From: a virus
Lineage: Duplodnaviria > Caudoviricetes
Reading direction: 5' to 3' (one strand)
DNA length: 41,811 bases
IMG/VR virus record: IMGVR_UViG_3300037882_001702
Coordinates: 1 to 41,811 of that record
Part shown: positions 1-7,992 of the stretch, one piece after another
How positions within the stretch are numbered: position 1 is the first letter of the stretch
Layout of the letters: each line of letters begins with the position of its first letter
Program-made: the position numbers and the translations under genes
Notes under the pieces: model-generated
What the model was told of the DNA's origin: nothing
What the model saw: the letters and a program-made list of their open reading frames with translations, nothing else
Databases searched by the model: none

Positions 1-306
1 CATGTTGGCACCGCTCAGGTCGGCACCGCTCAGGTTGGCATCGCTCAGGTTGGCACCGCACAGGTTGGCACGGCACTGGTTGGCACCGATCAGGTCGGCA
101 CGGCACAGGTCGGCACCGCACAGGTTGGCACCGTTCAGGTAGGCACCGATCAGGGCGGCATCGCTCAGGTCGGCACAGCTCAGGTTGGCACCGATCAGGT
201 CGGCACGGCACAGGTCGGCACCGCACAGGTCGGCACCGCACAGGTAGGCACCGCTCAGGTCGGCACTGCTCAGGTCGGCACCGCTCAGGTCGGCACCGCT
301 CAGGTC
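1..306. repeat. 15-bp tandem repeat, about 20 units, encoding the pentapeptide repeats
   Basis: Minus-strand consensus AGC GGT GCC GAC CTG, read directly. Confidence 0.97.
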
Positions 307-414
307 TGTTTTTAAATTAATTGCTTGCTCAAGTGTGGATTTTATTGAGTTGTCTTGGGCTTCATGGGTGAAAATAACATCACCTATATTTTTGTGCTTT
401 ATTTCTATTTTCAT
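1..414 (-). CDS. Pentapeptide-repeat protein, 3' end truncated by the window edge; absent from the ORF track
   Basis: ATG at 414 with GGAG SD at 421-424. Reads [38 protein letters not shown] then 20 x A(D/N/Y)L(S/C/I)(G/R/D); open to base 1. Confidence 0.92.
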   Translation of the reverse strand, partial: MKIEIKHKNIGDVIFTHEAQDNSIKSTLEQAINLKTDLSGADLSGADLSSADLSGAYLCGADLCGADLCRADLIGANLSCADLSDAALIGAYLNGANLCGADLCRADLIGANQCRANLCGANLSDANLSGADLSGANM

Positions 415-444
415 TTAAATCTCCGGCTTGTTAAGTGTGGCTAA

Positions 445-473
445 AGTGTAAGTTAAAATAAATGTGAAGTCAA
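445..473 (-). promoter_or_regulatory. Leftward sigma70-like promoter
   Basis: TTGACT (473-468), 17 bp, TACACT (450-445). A rightward TATAAT at 487-492 suggests divergent promoters. Confidence 0.6.
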
Positions 474-518
474 TAATAATTTATAGTATAATTAACTCAA
501 CTTAAATCGGAGCAGGAA

Positions 519-713
519 ATGAATAAAGAGATTAAAAATAAAATATTAGAAAAGTTTGGAAGCCAGGCCGAGCTTGCCCGCTGGATTGGAGTATCAAAAA
601 CATCGGTTAATTTATGGTTTAAAGGCAAGCAGCGGATAAGCGTGCCACATGCGCTTAAACTTGCTAAGAAGCTTAAAGTTGATTGGCTGGATATTCGTGA
701 GGATTTAAAATGA
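519..713 (+). CDS. Cro-like HTH regulator
   Basis: FGSQAELARWIGVSKTSVNLW HTH motif; 64 aa; first gene of the rightward arm. Confidence 0.85.
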   Translation: MNKEIKNKILEKFGSQAELARWIGVSKTSVNLWFKGKQRISVPHALKLAKKLKVDWLDIREDLK

Positions 714-934
714 GAACAGTAACTTGCGGAGAGTGCAAAAACTATATCCCGCCAGCGCCTACTTATGAACCAAACAGCTTTGGGGATTGTGGTTATTTTG
801 AAAAGTGGCTGGAAAAGTTCGATGGCAAAAAGCCGCCAATTCACGCGCAGCATGAGGCATTTATGAAGCTTGGCAATAAGGTATTTATGCCGAATATAGA
901 ACGGGGTTGTGTGAAATTTGAGAAGAAATTATGA
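710..934 (+). CDS. Hypothetical Cys-containing phage protein
   Basis: ATGA overlaps on both sides; CxxC...C...C pattern. Confidence 0.65.
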   Translation: MRTVTCGECKNYIPPAPTYEPNSFGDCGYFEKWLEKFDGKKPPIHAQHEAFMKLGNKVFMPNIERGCVKFEKKL

Positions 935-1761
935 ATAACTACATAGAACAATTTAAGACTGCAATGCGTGAACATGGGATAGAACCTCCGGTCAATGTCA
1001 TAGCTGATGGGGTATTGCATAGGTTCGACGCGCATAAAAAAGGGGCGGGCTGGTATACCCTGCACAGCGGTGAGTATTGGGCTGGAGCGTTTGGTGACTG
1101 GAGCTTGGATATTAAAGCCAAGTGGCGGCAAGATAGCCCTGTGCGCACCGTTATATCAGCACAGCAGCGCGATGAGTGGGATAAAAAGCGCAAGCAGGTT
1201 GAAAAGGCTAAGCTTGATTTGGCAGCGAAAGCGGCTAAACGGTGTCATTATATTTATAATTCTTCTGAGATTGCTAAGATTCATCCCTATTGTCAATCAA
1301 AGGGGATAAATTTAGGTGCATTGACTCATAATGCGCGAATTTCAGATGGGGTTTTATTGATACCAATCATTAACATAGATAATAAGATCGTAAATTTACA
1401 GACAATTACTAGCGATGGAACAAAAAAATTCACTTATGGCGCACAAATAACCGGCTGTTTTGGGGTTGTAGGAATTTTAGATCGTGATATTTTTTACATT
1501 GCTGAGGGTTGGGCTACGGCCTACGCAGTGGTATGTTACTTTAAAAAGGCGTGCTTTGTCGCTTTTAGCGCGGGCAACTTAAAGCCGGTGGCGATAAACT
1601 TAAGGTCGCTTTATCCGGATGCAACGATAATCATTGCTGCGGATAATGATTTGAGTGGGGTAGGCGAAAATGCGGCTATTGCAGCGGCTTCTGCGGTGGG
1701 CGGGAGTTATATCATTCCTGATGTGGTGGGCGCTGATTTTTGTGATTTGTTTAATGGGTAA
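931..1761 (+). CDS. Toprim-domain DNA primase
   Basis: IAEGWATA, VAFSAGNL, IIIAADND and DFCD motifs. Confidence 0.88.
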   Translation: MNNYIEQFKTAMREHGIEPPVNVIADGVLHRFDAHKKGAGWYTLHSGEYWAGAFGDWSLDIKAKWRQDSPVRTVISAQQRDEWDKKRKQVEKAKLDLAAKAAKRCHYIYNSSEIAKIHPYCQSKGINLGALTHNARISDGVLLIPIINIDNKIVNLQTITSDGTKKFTYGAQITGCFGVVGILDRDIFYIAEGWATAYAVVCYFKKACFVAFSAGNLKPVAINLRSLYPDATIIIAADNDLSGVGENAAIAAASAVGGSYIIPDVVGADFCDLFNG

Positions 1762-1764
1762 ATA

Positions 1765-2247
1765 ATGAGAAAAATAGCACGTAAATCGATTAGACAAACA
1801 GTGGCAGAAAACCAGGCGACTCTTGATTTTATGTCCAGGCTGGCCGGTGGTGATGGGCATGTCAATAAGGTTATTTTTAAGGAGCCGCGTAAACGTGTCA
1901 TTAAAGGCCCGGCTGTTTATCCGAGCGAGGCGGAGGTTCAGAAGTCTATTTTGCAGTATCTTCGCGGGCATCCAATGGTAGGGTGGGTAGGCCGATTTAA
2001 CAGCGGTGCTTTTATTGAGTCCTACGGCGGCCATGACCGCTATATCCAGGCCAATTCCGTAAAAGGTTGTTCCGATATCCTTGGGATGATGAAAGGCGGA
2101 ATATTTTTTGCTATCGAAGTTAAGTCGCATAATGGACGGGTTACCGTTGATCAAAATAATTTTATTTTAAAGGTTTTAGAAGGAGGTGGCTATGCCGGGA
2201 TAGCCCGGTCTATTGACGATGTAAACAAGATTTTAGGCTTAGCCTGA
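1765..2247 (+). CDS. VRR-NUC family nuclease
   Basis: SEAEVQKSI...GCSDILG...FAIEVK...Q..F motif. Confidence 0.85.
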   Translation: MRKIARKSIRQTVAENQATLDFMSRLAGGDGHVNKVIFKEPRKRVIKGPAVYPSEAEVQKSILQYLRGHPMVGWVGRFNSGAFIESYGGHDRYIQANSVKGCSDILGMMKGGIFFAIEVKSHNGRVTVDQNNFILKVLEGGGYAGIARSIDDVNKILGLA

Positions 2248-2267
2248 TTGTAGTATAATGACCCTAA

Positions 2268-2352
2268 CATTAAGCCTTGGCGGAGGCGGTAATGAGCAAC
2301 CCAGAACCCTGATTAGGCGTGCCCGCCAGCGCGTCTCTTCAGGGTTTTTTTT
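2268..2352 (+). ncRNA. Candidate structured leader: two hairpins with complementary loops, the second terminator-like
   Basis: TATAAT at 2254-2259; hairpin 2268-2294 with loop TGGCGG; hairpin 2305-2346 with loop CCGCCA followed by a T-run. Confidence 0.55.
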
Positions 2353-2362
2353 GGTGTGAAAT

Positions 2363-3637
2363 ATGAATTTTGATGATGTAGAAATCCCGCTCGCTGCTTA
2401 TAGCGAAGCGCTTGAAGAACTAGATCGGCATGATAACGTTGTTCATATCCGAAAGGAGCCTCCTAAGTTTAGGACTGTGACTAATGAGGAAATTAAAAAA
2501 AGCGATCCGCTGGGTATGTCTAACGGTCGGGCAAAAGCCAAGATTGACGCAGGAAAGCCGCCTGGTCTGCCAAAAGATATGCGGTCATTCGCGCTTACAA
2601 AAGATGATCTTGACCAAATGGAACAGGCTGCCTTGGATAATGTTTGGGTTATGTTTGGCATTGCATCGCTGGGTGATATAACGGCGATATATGCCAAGCC
2701 GAACGGTGGCAAAACCCTGTTAACGCTGTGGATGTTAGTTGACGCCGTAAAATACGGGGCTATATCCGGAAAGGATATTCTTTATATCAATGCCGATGAT
2801 AATGGGAAGGGTCTACGAGAAAAGGCCGCTATTGCGCTTGAGCATGGAATTTTGATGGCGTCCCCTGGGGTACATGGATTCGTATCTAAAAATTTGTGTT
2901 ACTACCTTGATGAGCAGGTTAAAGCAGACACAGCGAAAGGCATGGTAGTCGTGCTTGATACTATGAAAAAGTTCACGGACACAATGGATAAAAAGGTATC
3001 AAGCGCTTTTATGGTATCACTTCGTAAGTTCTCAGTAGCTGGTGGAACAGTGATAATGCTCGGTCATGCAAATAAACACAGGGATGCGGACGGGAAGTTA
3101 GTTCCGGGGGGAACCTCAGACATCCCGGACGACTGTGATGCTTATTATTTTCTTGATGATTCCGGGGATAACTCTATGGGGGTTAGAAATGTGCTGTTTG
3201 AACGTATTAAATCTCGCGGGGATAACTACCAAACGATGGCTTGCAGTCATGCCGCACATGGAAATTATAGCGGATATGATGAGTTATTTGACTCGGTTAA
3301 ACGGTTAAACAGGGATGACACTGAAAAAGCTAATGGCGAAGTGCTATTGCGTGAGCGGATGGAAAAGAATAGCGAGTGCATAGCAAGCATAATCGAAGCA
3401 ATAACTGAAGGGATTAATAGTCATGTTGAGATACAAAAATATGTTTATGAAAATGCTGGCTTATCCCGGCGCGAAGTTATAAAAGTTTTAAATAGCCATG
3501 CAGGTAAAGATTGGCATAGTGGGAAACGGTGGACTATTAATCGGCAGTCAAAAGGGTTGAAAATTTACAACTTGATCCCTTGCCCAAGGGAGTGCATGTC
3601 TGAAGAATATGCCGATTTTAAGGATGGTTTTTATTAA
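2363..3637 (+). CDS. RecA-fold/AAA replicative helicase-like ATPase
   Basis: Walker A AKPNGGKT, Walker B VVVLDT, LGHANK motif; lies near the primase. Confidence 0.75.
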   Translation: MNFDDVEIPLAAYSEALEELDRHDNVVHIRKEPPKFRTVTNEEIKKSDPLGMSNGRAKAKIDAGKPPGLPKDMRSFALTKDDLDQMEQAALDNVWVMFGIASLGDITAIYAKPNGGKTLLTLWMLVDAVKYGAISGKDILYINADDNGKGLREKAAIALEHGILMASPGVHGFVSKNLCYYLDEQVKADTAKGMVVVLDTMKKFTDTMDKKVSSAFMVSLRKFSVAGGTVIMLGHANKHRDADGKLVPGGTSDIPDDCDAYYFLDDSGDNSMGVRNVLFERIKSRGDNYQTMACSHAAHGNYSGYDELFDSVKRLNRDDTEKANGEVLLRERMEKNSECIASIIEAITEGINSHVEIQKYVYENAGLSRREVIKVLNSHAGKDWHSGKRWTINRQSKGLKIYNLIPCPRECMSEEYADFKDGFY

Positions 3638-3639
3638 TG

Positions 3640-3850
3640 CGGTTTTTAGATTTACCAGAAATAACCAGATTATCCAGAATTGCCAGAATTACCAATAAAT
3701 GTGCTTTTTACGCTATATTTGCTCTCTTATTAAACCCTGTTTTATGTGGTAAATCTGGTAAAACTAAAAAAAAATAAAGAATAAATAGGGGGGGGTAGTT
3801 TAGATTTACCAGTTTTGCCACTCCCTGGGTGTATGACTATTTTTTTATAA
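3640..3850. promoter_or_regulatory. Putative replication origin
   Basis: Non-coding AT-rich gap with tandem CCAGA units, two direct TTTAGATTTACCAG copies and inverted GGTAAATCTGGTAAA. Confidence 0.5.
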
Positions 3851-3869
3851 AACACAAAAAGGTGATGAA

Positions 3870-4025
3870 ATGACCGATAGAGAATGGCTAGAAAAAGTAT
3901 TAGGGCGCGTGGTGTCGAACGATGAAATTGAAGCGTTCAGCGAGCGTGTATCGATTATGATATTCGATGGCAGTCTTGATGAACAATCCGCGCGTGAATT
4001 AACGGTTAAAACTTGGATAAAATGA
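3870..4025 (+). CDS. Small phage protein, 51 aa; absent from the ORF track
   Basis: MTDREWLEKV...EAFSERVSIMIFDGSL...; ATGA overlap with the next gene. Confidence 0.7.
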   Translation: MTDREWLEKVLGRVVSNDEIEAFSERVSIMIFDGSLDEQSARELTVKTWIK

Positions 4026-4282
4026 AAAATGAAACCCTGCTGAAAGACCTTTTATCACCCTGGCCAGCAGATTATCACTTGCAGCCAGATACCGCCCAGG
4101 AGCGCTTTAACGTCATAGCAATACAATCTTTAAAAAAACAAGCCGCAGAAGAAATTAATCGCTTGGTTGCGTTGATAGATGACCATAACGCCGATTGTAT
4201 ATGTGACAAAGAACGTTGCGGCTATGCGGGATATAACCGCAATTGCCCTAATTGCCCTATTTACGACAGGATTGACTACTAA
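4022..4282 (+). CDS. Hypothetical protein with Cys-rich C-terminus
   Basis: ATG at 4022 coupled to the upstream stop; CICDKERC...CPNCP. Confidence 0.6.
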   Translation: MKNETLLKDLLSPWPADYHLQPDTAQERFNVIAIQSLKKQAAEEINRLVALIDDHNADCICDKERCGYAGYNRNCPNCPIYDRIDY

Positions 4283-4527
4283 TGCAAAAAAATAGAGATA
4301 AATGTATAACAATCGGTTGTAAAAATTCTGGCGGATCAAAAGGTAAAAATATCAGAAGCTTTAAGCCGCTATGCAGCTCATGTTCTATTATGTATTCAAG
4401 GGCAATAAAAGAAGGAGAAGACAAAAATTCAATAAAGCTATGGACACGACAAGAATTTGAAGACAAATATTGGAACAGGAGAGAAAAAGCACAACTGCAT
4501 AACGCCGCGTTAATTTTAAACACTTAA
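4282..4527 (+). CDS. Hypothetical zinc-finger-like protein
   Basis: CITIGC...CSSC; TAATG overlap. Confidence 0.55.
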   Translation: MQKNRDKCITIGCKNSGGSKGKNIRSFKPLCSSCSIMYSRAIKEGEDKNSIKLWTRQEFEDKYWNRREKAQLHNAALILNT

Positions 4528-4564
4528 TTTTAATAAATAAATTCGCTAACTTAGTTAAATTGTA

Positions 4565-4954
4565 ATGACAAACGAAATATCAACTCAACAAATTTGCTCC
4601 ATGCTAAGAATGCACGGGAGCCAACTATCGAAAATAATCAATAACGCTCACAATAATTTTCCGACTTGTGTAAGAGTTGGTGGCGTGACCGGAACTTCAA
4701 AAATATATGACAAAAAAGAAGTAGAGGACTGGGTTTTAGGGTATAAAGAAAAGAAAGCTAAAAAGAAACCAATAAAGACTTTGATAAATAGCTTTATCCG
4801 CGGAAATTATGCGCCTAGCGCAACGAAAGAAAAATATAGCGCTCTTGCTATTACCGCAAGGCAAAACCAGCCTAAAACGCAAAAAATACACATTGAAGCT
4901 TGCTATGATAAAATTCAGTGGAGTGAGCGCTATTTAGATTGGGGTGGTAACTGA
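4565..4954 (+). CDS. AlpA/excisionase-like HTH protein
   Basis: ISTQQICSML...NFP...YDKKEVEDW pattern. Confidence 0.6.
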   Translation: MTNEISTQQICSMLRMHGSQLSKIINNAHNNFPTCVRVGGVTGTSKIYDKKEVEDWVLGYKEKKAKKKPIKTLINSFIRGNYAPSATKEKYSALAITARQNQPKTQKIHIEACYDKIQWSERYLDWGGN

Positions 4955-5088
4955 TGAAAAACCTTATAATAGCAATGCTTGAAATAATACAAATAGCCGC
5001 CGCAATGGCAGTAATATCGGTTGTGCTGTTTGCTATTTTGCAAGCATCTTCACCGCCAGCTCCAACACAATCATTTATCGATGATTAA
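4954..5088 (+). CDS. Small membrane protein, 44 aa; absent from the ORF track
   Basis: TGATG overlap; hydrophobic IAAAMAVISVVLFAIL. Confidence 0.55.
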   Translation: MKNLIIAMLEIIQIAAAMAVISVVLFAILQASSPPAPTQSFIDD

Positions 5089-5091
5089 AAT

Positions 5092-5120
5092 TTGACAATT
5101 ATTTGAATCATAACTAATAT
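5092..5120 (+). promoter_or_regulatory. Sigma70-like promoter upstream of the Mor/C gene
   Basis: TTGACA, 17 bp, TAATAT. Confidence 0.55.
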
Positions 5121-5152
5121 TAAATCTGTGAAATTTAAAATTAAGATCATAA

Positions 5153-5545
5153 ATGACTGATTTTGCTATTTTTGAATTACCTGATCACTTAATACCCGAG
5201 ACTATTTTAGAAATAGCGAGCTATTGTGGAAAAAATACCGCCATTGTACTTCTCAAAAACTACCCAGGCTCTCACATAAGAGTGCCAAAGTACCCAACAA
5301 GCGACCATAAATTGGCCGCTTTACTTGGGATTATTGACTTCACACGTCTATGTGAAAAGTTTGGCAAAGAAACAATACAAATCCCCAGAGCCGCAGATGC
5401 GATCAGAGCGGTCCGTAATCAAAAAATATTACACGACTTTAAAATGGGCGTGATGCAATCAGATTTAGCGATAAAATATGAGCTAACAGAACGGCAAATA
5501 ATTCATATTTGTAACAAAAATAAGATTGATAGCTATGATGAATAA
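5153..5545 (+). CDS. Mor/C-family late transcription activator
   Basis: FGKETIQIPR...RNQKI..DF...LAIKYELTERQI, as in Mu Mor/C. Confidence 0.85.
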   Translation: MTDFAIFELPDHLIPETILEIASYCGKNTAIVLLKNYPGSHIRVPKYPTSDHKLAALLGIIDFTRLCEKFGKETIQIPRAADAIRAVRNQKILHDFKMGVMQSDLAIKYELTERQIIHICNKNKIDSYDE

Positions 5546-6077
5546 AAAAATCTCTCCGAAAGGCTTGGAGTTAATAAAATACCACGAGCAATTACGCCTT
5601 CGGGTTTATTTATGCCCGGCTAACAAACTCACTATCGGCTATGGTCATGTCCTACTTTTAACTGATTATGTCATGTTTAAAAACATGGATAGTATTACGC
5701 TTAACAGATTAATTACTGACTGTCAGCGGCTTAAAAAAGTTACAAAAGAGGCAGAAGAACTTTTGGTTATTAGCACAATACAAGCCGATGCACTACTCAA
5801 CGGCGATACCCGTCAAATCGTAAATCACCTTAACTCAACTATCAACGTCGATATAAACCAAAACCAATTTGATGCCTTATGCAGTCTCGTTTTTAACATC
5901 GGACGGGCTGGCTTTTCACTATCAACGCTACGCAAGAATTTAAACAACGGTGATTTTATCGCCGCCGCCGCAGAGTTTGATCGGTGGGTTTATGCCACTG
6001 TCAACAGCAAAAAACAGAAATTAAACGGTCTAGTAACCAGACGGGCGGCTGAGCGCAAATTATTTGAGGCATTATGA
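5535..6077 (+). CDS. Endolysin, GH24 lysozyme
   Basis: E-x8-C-x5-T (HEQLRLRVYLCPANKLTIGYGH), NQNQFDALCSLVFNIG, LNGLVTRRAAERKLF. Confidence 0.92.
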   Translation: MMNKKISPKGLELIKYHEQLRLRVYLCPANKLTIGYGHVLLLTDYVMFKNMDSITLNRLITDCQRLKKVTKEAEELLVISTIQADALLNGDTRQIVNHLNSTINVDINQNQFDALCSLVFNIGRAGFSLSTLRKNLNNGDFIAAAAEFDRWVYATVNSKKQKLNGLVTRRAAERKLFEAL

Positions 6078-6319
6078 ATAAAAATAAAGAACTTAAAAAG
6101 CGCATAAGTCAGTTAAACACTGCTGTTTATATACTCACTGAAGAACTTGCGATAAAACACTACATCAAAGGCATGACGAGCTTCATTGACGATGACATCG
6201 AGAAACTTGAGATGATTATCAACGATTTTAAAGAAAGAGCAAATGAATATATTTTTAATTTGATGTTGCATAGCTCTCATCGCTCTTTCATGAGATACTT
6301 AAAAGAAATGGATGACTAA
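6074..6319 (+). CDS. Hypothetical protein
   Basis: Translationally coupled on both sides. Confidence 0.55.
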   Translation: MNKNKELKKRISQLNTAVYILTEELAIKHYIKGMTSFIDDDIEKLEMIINDFKERANEYIFNLMLHSSHRSFMRYLKEMDD

Positions 6320-6627
6320 TGCCAGAAAGTCAACGGCTGCCCGAAATCATGATAAGATTGTCACGACTTGAAAATGATGTTGGTAAGTTCGACGATAAAT
6401 TTATCGATCTAGTTAGTTCGGTTAATTCAGTCTCATTAATCGTGCATGAACTTGAGACCCGGATTGACACCGGCATTAAGACAATCCTCATAGGCTTTGG
6501 TATTATCACTACTTTGTCGGGGGCGTTCTGGACGTATCAGAATAAAATGGAAGACAACCATTCAAAACTCATGCAAGAACCCATGCAACAAGTTTACAAA
6601 AACACAGAAAAACTAAGAGAAAATTAA
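6319..6627 (+). CDS. Coiled-coil plus single-TM protein, lysis-module accessory
   Basis: Heptad region followed by ILIGFGIITTLSGAFW. Confidence 0.6.
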   Translation: MPESQRLPEIMIRLSRLENDVGKFDDKFIDLVSSVNSVSLIVHELETRIDTGIKTILIGFGIITTLSGAFWTYQNKMEDNHSKLMQEPMQQVYKNTEKLREN

Positions 6628-6628
6628 A

Positions 6629-6982
6629 ATGAAAAAAATACTCGCAGCACTAGCGTTATCAATTTTTAGTATAGCGGCTAACGCATCACCATTTATCGTG
6701 TCCGACCCGTCCATCCAGGATGTGAGTCATTGCGGCGTTTATATGGATGGCAACCCGGTGGTAGAGGTTGCTGTTGATATTGTGGCAGCAGGAGCGCGGT
6801 GTAAGTTTGATGTAGGAAGCGTTACGCCGGGGGAGCACACAGTAACCGCAACTTTTATCAAAAATGATGCCGCTTGGGGGCGATTGGAGAGTGCATCCAG
6901 TGTCCCTTTTGTTTTCGTGCGACCCACGTCAGGCGGCGCCAGTTTAATCAACGCTCCTGCCGGGATCAAACTCGAGAGATAA
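6629..6982 (+). CDS. Secreted beta-rich (Ig/FN3-like) protein
   Basis: Sec signal MKKILAALALSIFSIAANA; two Cys; GEHTVTA...ES..S.PF pattern. Confidence 0.65.
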   Translation: MKKILAALALSIFSIAANASPFIVSDPSIQDVSHCGVYMDGNPVVEVAVDIVAAGARCKFDVGSVTPGEHTVTATFIKNDAAWGRLESASSVPFVFVRPTSGGASLINAPAGIKLER

Positions 6983-7028
6983 TTTGGGGAAGATGGATTT
7001 ATGAACGCAATTAAAATAGGAACAGATA

Positions 7029-7445
7029 ATGGCTTTTGACCCTTTTACCGCCGGGTTTGACCTGGTTAAAACCGCACTCGATAAAATATTCCCTGATGCC
7101 GATGCTGAATTGAAAGGCAAGCTTGATCAGGCCGCAGCAGTTATCGATCATGAGTTCCAATTGACGCTCGGTCAGCTCAAAATCAATGAAACTGAAGCTG
7201 GCAGCCAAAGCTTTTTTGTCGCTGGGGCAAGACCGGCTATCATGTGGATAGGGGCGGCGACGCTGGGCTATTCTGGCATAGGCATATCACTGTTCTCGTG
7301 GATAGGGGCGTTTTTTGGCGCGCCACCACTACCCATTGTTGACCCAACAGCTGTAAACAATATTTTAATGGGCTTATTAGGTCTTGGCGGCATGAGAACC
7401 GTTGAGAAGTTGAAAGGCGTAGCTACAACAAAAATAGGAAAATAA
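7029..7445 (+). CDS. Holin, GTA 3TM-type
   Basis: EAGSQSFFVAGARPAIMW...LLGLGGMRTVEKLKGV. Confidence 0.8.
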   Translation: MAFDPFTAGFDLVKTALDKIFPDADAELKGKLDQAAAVIDHEFQLTLGQLKINETEAGSQSFFVAGARPAIMWIGAATLGYSGIGISLFSWIGAFFGAPPLPIVDPTAVNNILMGLLGLGGMRTVEKLKGVATTKIGK

Positions 7446-7509
7446 AATGAAAGCAAAAACAAATATCAAAGCCGGTCGTAAACCTAACAAGATTTATCCG
7501 TAAATCCGT

Positions 7510-7992
7510 ATGCAGATTGTTCAGCGCAAAGTTTCAGAGCTTATACCCTACGTTAATAATGCGCGGACGCATAGCGAAACGCAAGTTACTCAAATAGCAG
7601 CATCAATAAAAGAATTTGGTTTTACTAATCCAATTCTAATCGATGGAGACAACGGGGTTATTGCCGGTCATGGGCGCTTAATGGCGGCTAAAAAGCTTGG
7701 CATGGAGCAAGTGCCTACGATTGAACTATCGAACCTTACGCCCACGCAAAAGAAAGCCTATATTCTGGCGGACAACAAACTTGCTTTGAATGCGGGATGG
7801 GACGAAGAACTGCTCAAGCTGGAACTGATCGAGCTTAAAGACGCTGATTTTGATTTGAGCTTGATTGGGTTTGATGATTTTGAATTAAATGATGATGCTG
7901 TTTTTCTACCAGGTAGTGAAGATGAACAGGGAAATCTTGATATTATTGCGCCTATAATTTGCCCGGCTTGCGGTCATGAGTTCCACAAATAA
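7510..7992 (+). CDS. ParB/Srx-like N-terminal domain protein with C-terminal CPxCG knuckle
   Basis: LIPYVNNARTH...SIKEFGFTNPILID...IAGHGRL...ADNKL; CPACGHEF. Confidence 0.88.
   Translation: MQIVQRKVSELIPYVNNARTHSETQVTQIAASIKEFGFTNPILIDGDNGVIAGHGRLMAAKKLGMEQVPTIELSNLTPTQKKAYILADNKLALNAGWDEELLKLELIELKDADFDLSLIGFDDFELNDDAVFLPGSEDEQGNLDIIAPIICPACGHEFHK

Noticed and set aside
1-306. CRISPR array
   Set aside because: Units are contiguous 15-mers without spacers and encode an in-frame pentapeptide protein.
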